From assembly GCA_964484305.1 (NCBI GenBank), contig CAZAEI010000005.1, positions 1 to 53,640 of the forward strand: a DNA stretch of 53,640 nucleotides. Reading direction: 5' to 3'. The notes beneath the pieces are model-generated. The model was given only the letters and a program-made list of their open reading frames with translations, made no database searches and was not told the DNA's origin. The stretch is from an uncultured archaeon (GTDB taxonomy: Archaea; Aenigmatarchaeota; Aenigmatarchaeia; QMZP01). The translations under genes were made by a program, and so were the position numbers. Shown in pieces: positions 48,698 to 53,640 of the stretch. Position 1 is the first letter of the stretch; each line of letters opens with the position of its first letter.

Positions 48698-49762
48698 ATG
48701 CGCGCTCCCCTCATTATACTGCCCATAATACTCACACTCCTCGTCTCAGGCTGCACCATACCAGGCATGCCTAGCGGCTTCTGCATACCAGGCCTGACCT
48801 GCGGCGCCACAGTGGAGGAGACCCACGACGTCATTATCATTGAGAGCCTCCAGGCCCTCCCCAACAACATCCCGCCCGAGGGGACCATAAAGCTCGTGGC
48901 CATTGTCAGCAACGTGGCCGATGTCAAAGCCGAGATAAGGGACGTCGATGTCTATGTCCAGCTTTATGATTACTGCTCAGGCCTTTTTAAGGAACCTACC
49001 AAACAAACCCAGCAAATCAAACTCTTAAGGGGCGAGAAAAAACAGATAGAGTGGACCCTTCAGGCCCTCCCAAAGACCTGGGTCCCTGTCAAGACCGAGT
49101 GCACACTCAAGATCCTGGCCAAATACCCCTATGCCACCAAGAGCATAACCACCCTTCACCTTATAGACTACGCCGAGATGCAGAGGAGGATAAACGAGGG
49201 GACCTACAAGGAGATAGGCTCATACACATCTGTCGGCTACGGACCGATAAAACCCTACATAACAGTCGAGGGCACCCAGCCCATACCGGTTGAAAACAAT
49301 AAGATAAATACAGTCCTCTCTCTCCAGATAAAGAACCGCGGCAAGGGCTTCCTCTCAACCCCCTATTGCAAGGATGAGGCAGAATGCAAGAAATACAGGT
49401 GTCCCTCAACCGCAAAAGGCAATGACGACGCAGGACCTATAATAAGAAGGGAACAGGTTAAAGTCACGTCCGTTGCCAAGGACCAAATCTCCCAAGATAT
49501 TTCAGGGATATTGCATAAGGACGGTGCTAAAAATGACGCACTCGATGATTTCTTCACTAGCACATGCGCAGCCGGGGATTATAAAGATCAGGCCTATGTA
49601 AAGCTCATAAAAAAGGAATCCACCCCCATGCCCTGCACTGTCACAAGAACACTCAGCGGAAATGTCCCTGTAGAGTCCACAAAGACACTCCAGGCTGAGA
49701 TAAGTAATTACTGGTACGAGTTCAGGAAGGAAATCAAGGTCACTGTGGAGCCAAAGTTCTGA
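48698..49762 (+). CDS. Predicted lipoprotein, paralog 1 (Cys-rich)
   Basis: Hydrophobic leader ending LLVSGC; beta-rich body with several Cys pairs. Confidence 0.7.
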   Translation: MRAPLIILPIILTLLVSGCTIPGMPSGFCIPGLTCGATVEETHDVIIIESLQALPNNIPPEGTIKLVAIVSNVADVKAEIRDVDVYVQLYDYCSGLFKEPTKQTQQIKLLRGEKKQIEWTLQALPKTWVPVKTECTLKILAKYPYATKSITTLHLIDYAEMQRRINEGTYKEIGSYTSVGYGPIKPYITVEGTQPIPVENNKINTVLSLQIKNRGKGFLSTPYCKDEAECKKYRCPSTAKGNDDAGPIIRREQVKVTSVAKDQISQDISGILHKDGAKNDALDDFFTSTCAAGDYKDQAYVKLIKKESTPMPCTVTRTLSGNVPVESTKTLQAEISNYWYEFRKEIKVTVEPKF

Positions 49763-49822
49763 CGCCCGGGGAAAACAACCGCAAACTTATAAATTAGTTA
49801 AGGGCCAAATATATAACAGGTA

Positions 49823-50776
49823 ATGGTTCTGATGGCGGAAAGAAATCCCCCTGGTGCGAAGCCCCTGATGTTTCTCCTAATCCTTTCTGCAGTCCTGATT
49901 GTATCCGGCTGCGTTACTGACGGGGGCATCTCCTACGGCAAGGGTGTTGCCATAACCGATTTCAATTCTGACTTCAGCTCTGTGCAGTCAGGTGATGATG
50001 TAACCCTTCGGGTCAGGGTCCAGAACCAGGGAGAGATGGACGCCGAGAATGTCAAGGCCCAGATAATAGGCATAGACCTGGACGAATGGGGCACGGGCTA
50101 CGGCTGGAGCGATGAAAAGGACCTCGGAACCCTCATTGCAGCAGACCCTACAACAGGCACCGAGGGCCAGACCAAGCAGTCTGAGTGGTACCTTGAAGCC
50201 CCGGACTATCCCAAGAACATAAAATTCACGCACACCCCTGAGGTAAGGGTTATTTACGATTACAAGACCACGGCATTCAAGCCCATAACGCTTGTGGATG
50301 AGGATGAGCTCAGAAGGATAAGGGACGCGGGCAGGACCATCCCAGGCGGCGCCACAGAATCCTCTGCCGGCCCGCTCTCTGTTCAGATAAAGACAGGGAA
50401 CTTCATCAAGACCCAGGACTATGACGACCCCTTCCCGCTCAACATAATCATAACCAATGATTTAACGGGCAGTGTTATCGAGGGCTCTGGTTACTACGGC
50501 GGCCGGATATCTGAGGACTATAAATCCCCTGTCAAGGTAACGATAACCCTTCCCCCTGGCATGAACCTTGAGTCAAGCGAGGGCTGCAGCACCTCAGGCG
50601 AATGGGTGAACCTGTTCAAGGGCAGGGACCACATGCTGACCTGCGAGATAAGTATTGACGACCCGCCTGAGTACAAGGTTGAGAAATTCATCCAGGTCGA
50701 GCTCGAGTACACCTATTCTGTCGACGCCTCCACCACAATCGAGGTCATAGGGACAGAGGAAGGCTGGGGCTGGTAA
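49823..50776 (+). CDS. Predicted lipoprotein, paralog 2
   Basis: Leader ending LIVSGC; shares the LRVRVQNQG, YDYKT, GPLSV and LEYTY pattern with its neighbours. Confidence 0.7.
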   Translation: MVLMAERNPPGAKPLMFLLILSAVLIVSGCVTDGGISYGKGVAITDFNSDFSSVQSGDDVTLRVRVQNQGEMDAENVKAQIIGIDLDEWGTGYGWSDEKDLGTLIAADPTTGTEGQTKQSEWYLEAPDYPKNIKFTHTPEVRVIYDYKTTAFKPITLVDEDELRRIRDAGRTIPGGATESSAGPLSVQIKTGNFIKTQDYDDPFPLNIIITNDLTGSVIEGSGYYGGRISEDYKSPVKVTITLPPGMNLESSEGCSTSGEWVNLFKGRDHMLTCEISIDDPPEYKVEKFIQVELEYTYSVDASTTIEVIGTEEGWGW

Positions 50777-50825
50777 GCCCTATTCTTAACCCAATATTAA
50801 TAGCTTAACGAACAAATATAAACCG

Positions 50826-51767
50826 ATGAGCAGACATGCTTTGCCTGGCCTGGTTCTCCTCCTTGCAGCAGTCGTAGTTGCATCAGGATGCACCAATCCC
50901 AGCCTCCAGACCGGGGACGGTGTCGCCATACAGGAGTTCACCCCAGGCTTCTCCGAGGTCTATCCAGGGGAGCCCGTAACATTCTTACTCAAGTTCAAGA
51001 ACATCGGCTCTGTCGAGGCCACGGGGGTCTTTGCCGAGCTCCTGGGCCTGGATGAGGACTGGGCAGCCTCCAGCAGCGGACTTGGCACAATACTCAATAA
51101 TGAGATGCTCCCCCAGGAGGCCAAGTGCCAGTACCCTAACATGGGAAACCATTTCTCCATGAAGCCCCCAGACCTGTTCTACGGGACCGAGGGGGAGACA
51201 TCCACGTGCACATGGAAGTACAAGGCCCCGCCCGTCCCCGGAGGCTTTGGGGTCACCTATCCCATCACAGCCAGGCTGTTCTACAGCTACAGGACAGCCA
51301 TCGTGAAGTCCTTTACCATCCTCTCCACAGGGGAGCTCACGAGATACAACCAGCAGGGCAAGACAGTCCCCTCAAGCACGGTGAGCTCCACACGGTCACC
51401 CATAACCATAACAGCCGAGGCCATGGACCCCATAAGGTTCTGGGAGGGCAGCATAACCTTCCCCATTGCCATAACCTTCTCCAACACGGGCGGGGGCATG
51501 GTCTGCCTCAAGGACCACTGCAAGAAGACCAATGGACAGGAGTGGAACCAGCTCGGGTTCTCAATCAAGGAGATAAGCAAGGGGGTCAAGGTCGACTGCT
51601 TCGGCCGCAATGAGATTGAGGTCTGGCCAAACAGGGACAACACCATAGTGTGCGATGTCACGGTTTCAGACACCTCCCAGATTACAGGCCACGAGGAGAG
51701 GATAATCAGCATATCAGCAGACTACAGCTACTTCACAGATGCCGAGGCCTCGATAACCGTACTCTAG
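50826..51767 (+). CDS. Predicted lipoprotein, paralog 3
   Basis: Leader ending VVASGC; shares the FKNIG, YSYRT, SPITI and ADYSY pattern. Confidence 0.7.
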   Translation: MSRHALPGLVLLLAAVVVASGCTNPSLQTGDGVAIQEFTPGFSEVYPGEPVTFLLKFKNIGSVEATGVFAELLGLDEDWAASSSGLGTILNNEMLPQEAKCQYPNMGNHFSMKPPDLFYGTEGETSTCTWKYKAPPVPGGFGVTYPITARLFYSYRTAIVKSFTILSTGELTRYNQQGKTVPSSTVSSTRSPITITAEAMDPIRFWEGSITFPIAITFSNTGGGMVCLKDHCKKTNGQEWNQLGFSIKEISKGVKVDCFGRNEIEVWPNRDNTIVCDVTVSDTSQITGHEERIISISADYSYFTDAEASITVL

Positions 51768-53023
51768 AAATCCATTATGCTTCTCTGCTTCCCAGCCGCG
51801 GGCTCCCCTGTGAGCTTCTCTGGCTCCCCCCTGAACAGGGGCCTTCCATACTCGCCATCAAAACCTGGCTGCATCCTGACCTGGCCGTTCCTCACCCTTA
51901 CCACAGCCTCTGCTATCCTGGGGTCCACGACCCTGGCCATCTCACCCTGCCCTGCCTCCATCAGGACCCTGTACTCAGAGCCAAAGGCCTCTATCAGCCT
52001 GTTGTACTCTGCCCAGACCTTCCTCGAGGACACGAGACCTGTCCCGAGAATGGAGGCTATTATCTCCGATAACGGTATAAGGCTCCTGAAGGGCCTCGCC
52101 CCCTCGGGCCTGAAGCCCTCCTCCCTGTCAGCCAGCTCCTCCACCCTATGGAGCACCCCTATGGTGAGGGGCCTCCTGCACACAGGGCAGACATTCCCTG
52201 CCCTGATGCTCTCCCCGGGCTCCATGCATACCCCACAGGCCCTGTGGCCGTCATAGTGGTACTTGCCCTCCTCGGGGAAGAATTCCAGCGTCTCTGTGAG
52301 GCCCTCCCTTGTCCTTATGGCCTTGATCATATTGCTATAATCCAACTCCTTCAGGTCAAAGACAGTGGCCTCCCTTCCCAGCCTCCACGGCCACGGCGAA
52401 TGGGAATCAGAGAACGAGACCAGGGAATACCTGTCAAGGGCGGACAGCCTCCAGTTCATTTTGGGATCGCTCGACAGCCCGGTCTCCAGTGCATGTATGT
52501 GCCTGGCCTGGTCCCCAAAACACTCCTCCACTGAGTTGAAACCAGATGAGGCACCCATCGCCCCAAAATGTGGAGTCCAGATGTGTGCAGGTATAACCTC
52601 TATTTTATCATCAATGTTTCTCATAGCTTCTACAAGTTCAATGCAGCTGAATCCGAATATTGGTCTCCCGTCATAATCAACCCTACCTTTTGTTTTCAGC
52701 CAATCTGTTATCTTTTCAGCAGTTTCACAATCTGGAGCAAGTATCACGTTATGAACCTTTCGCCCCCTTCCTCCTTGAGTGTATATAAGGGAGATTTCAG
52801 TAGAGAAAAGGAATTTCATTCCATTATATTCATAAATACCAGAAGACACCTCTGTGAGCCTGTTCTTGAGTTCAGAAAACCAATGTGGGTGGGTGAAGTC
52901 CCCTGTCCCCAGAAGGTTCACGCCCTTTACCTTGGCATACTTGGAAAGTTCCTCCATGTTCATGAGCTTTGACGTTGCCCTGCTGTAGTGGCTGTGTATG
53001 TGCAGGTCAGCTATAATTCGCAT
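51764..53023 (-). CDS. Endonuclease Q (TIGR00375-like PHP-domain DNA repair endonuclease)
   Basis: DLHIHSHYSRATS, GTGDFTHP, DGRP, IPAHIWTP, ETGLSSDP, SDSHS, GKYHYDGHRAC, CPVC, C-terminal PIP box QRSIMDF. Confidence 0.88.
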   Translation of the reverse strand: MRIIADLHIHSHYSRATSKLMNMEELSKYAKVKGVNLLGTGDFTHPHWFSELKNRLTEVSSGIYEYNGMKFLFSTEISLIYTQGGRGRKVHNVILAPDCETAEKITDWLKTKGRVDYDGRPIFGFSCIELVEAMRNIDDKIEVIPAHIWTPHFGAMGASSGFNSVEECFGDQARHIHALETGLSSDPKMNWRLSALDRYSLVSFSDSHSPWPWRLGREATVFDLKELDYSNMIKAIRTREGLTETLEFFPEEGKYHYDGHRACGVCMEPGESIRAGNVCPVCRRPLTIGVLHRVEELADREEGFRPEGARPFRSLIPLSEIIASILGTGLVSSRKVWAEYNRLIEAFGSEYRVLMEAGQGEMARVVDPRIAEAVVRVRNGQVRMQPGFDGEYGRPLFRGEPEKLTGEPAAGKQRSIMDF

Positions 53024-53640
53024 GAATTCACCTTGTATTCAGCATATCTTCTTATATTGCCAGCATAATATGGTAGGATTGTTTTAACAATATCCCTTCT
53101 TCTGTAGTTGCAGAGGAGATTCCGACACGACCCAACAGCACGCCCTGTCGCTCTTGCCAAATCAAGCGAGTTGAATGAGCACTTCTCCTTCTCAATAGAT
53201 TTCATCTTAGAAATATAAATATCAGAACATTCCTTTTTTCGATATTGAATAACCTTAAAACTATTTATGAGCCCTCTCAGCTTTCTCCTTTTTTCAAGAT
53301 GCCTTAAGTTGAATGAACCATTAATTCTTTTTATCTGATATGAGCCATTAATCTGAATTACTTTTTGAATCCTGTCTCTTCCTCTAACAGAACCATATTT
53401 TTTTCGTTGATAAACAGCTGGCTCAACACCTAGGTCTTCAAACAATCTTGTTATTCCTTCGACGAGATGGAATGTTTTGTGATTCTCCTCGATAGCAAAA
53501 TTCATTTTTATGTGCTTTGAAGCTAGATTAACGCTTCCTTCGTCATCAAAAAGCTGGGATAAGAACTCCCATTTTTTGTCTTTGGTTAGATTGAAAATGA
53601 AATCAGGTATCTTTTGGTTGTTTACTACCTTTCTTCCGGG
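53011..53640 (-). CDS. Second LAGLIDADG endonuclease with a C-terminal HTH; 5' end outside the window
   Basis: The frame is open from the window edge: PGRKVVNNQKIPDFIFNLTKDKKWEFLSQLFDDEGSV (LAGLIDADG motif), ending in SLDLARATGRAVGSCRNLL. AT-rich; overlaps the endoQ RBS and start. Confidence 0.72.
   Translation of the reverse strand, partial: PGRKVVNNQKIPDFIFNLTKDKKWEFLSQLFDDEGSVNLASKHIKMNFAIEENHKTFHLVEGITRLFEDLGVEPAVYQRKKYGSVRGRDRIQKVIQINGSYQIKRINGSFNLRHLEKRRKLRGLINSFKVIQYRKKECSDIYISKMKSIEKEKCSFNSLDLARATGRAVGSCRNLLCNYRRRDIVKTILPYYAGNIRRYAEYKVNSCEL

Noticed and set aside
1110-53348. Many overlapping alternative-frame ORFs in the track (e.g. 2559-3266, 14375-15022, 26119-26811, 45456-46094)
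   Set aside because: They are antisense or frame shadows of well-supported GC-rich genes, with no recognisable motifs.
1-53640. tRNA, rRNA or CRISPR arrays
   Set aside because: No cloverleaf with T-loop/D-loop consensus, rRNA signature or regularly spaced repeat was recognised by eye; tRNAscan-SE, Infernal and a CRISPR finder would be needed to be sure.

Overview
This is an archaeal chromosomal window of moderately GC-rich DNA with several AT-rich patches. The gene style and content suggest a DPANN lineage such as Aenigmarchaeota; that assignment is inference. It contains: (i) housekeeping genes (glyS, P-type ATPase, NAC, aminotransferase, acdA, aldehyde dehydrogenase, trkA, FMN glutamate-synthase-like gene, endoQ); (ii) a replication locus with two ORB clusters, cdc6/orc1, a catalytically dead DP1/B-subunit-like gene, a PolB ending in a PolD-DP2/eukaryote-like Zn finger, and hjc; (iii) a tnpB-only IS200/IS605 element inserted in codon 2 of nnrD; (iv) a 17-kb envelope cluster built around a 2949-aa adhesin-TM-HerA/VirB4-like ATPase fusion; (v) two free-standing LAGLIDADG-HTH endonuclease genes, each overlapping the start of the next gene; and (vi) a pilin-like gene plus three paralogous lipoproteins. 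The strongest unexplained signal is a 17-nt insertion (44731-44747) in a P-loop GTPase gene. It folds into a canonical bulge-helix-bulge motif whose predicted cleavage sites exactly restore the reading frame, so it is a candidate archaeal mRNA intron coupled to a homing endonuclease. No tRNA, rRNA or CRISPR array was recognised. All calls come from motif reading without database searches.
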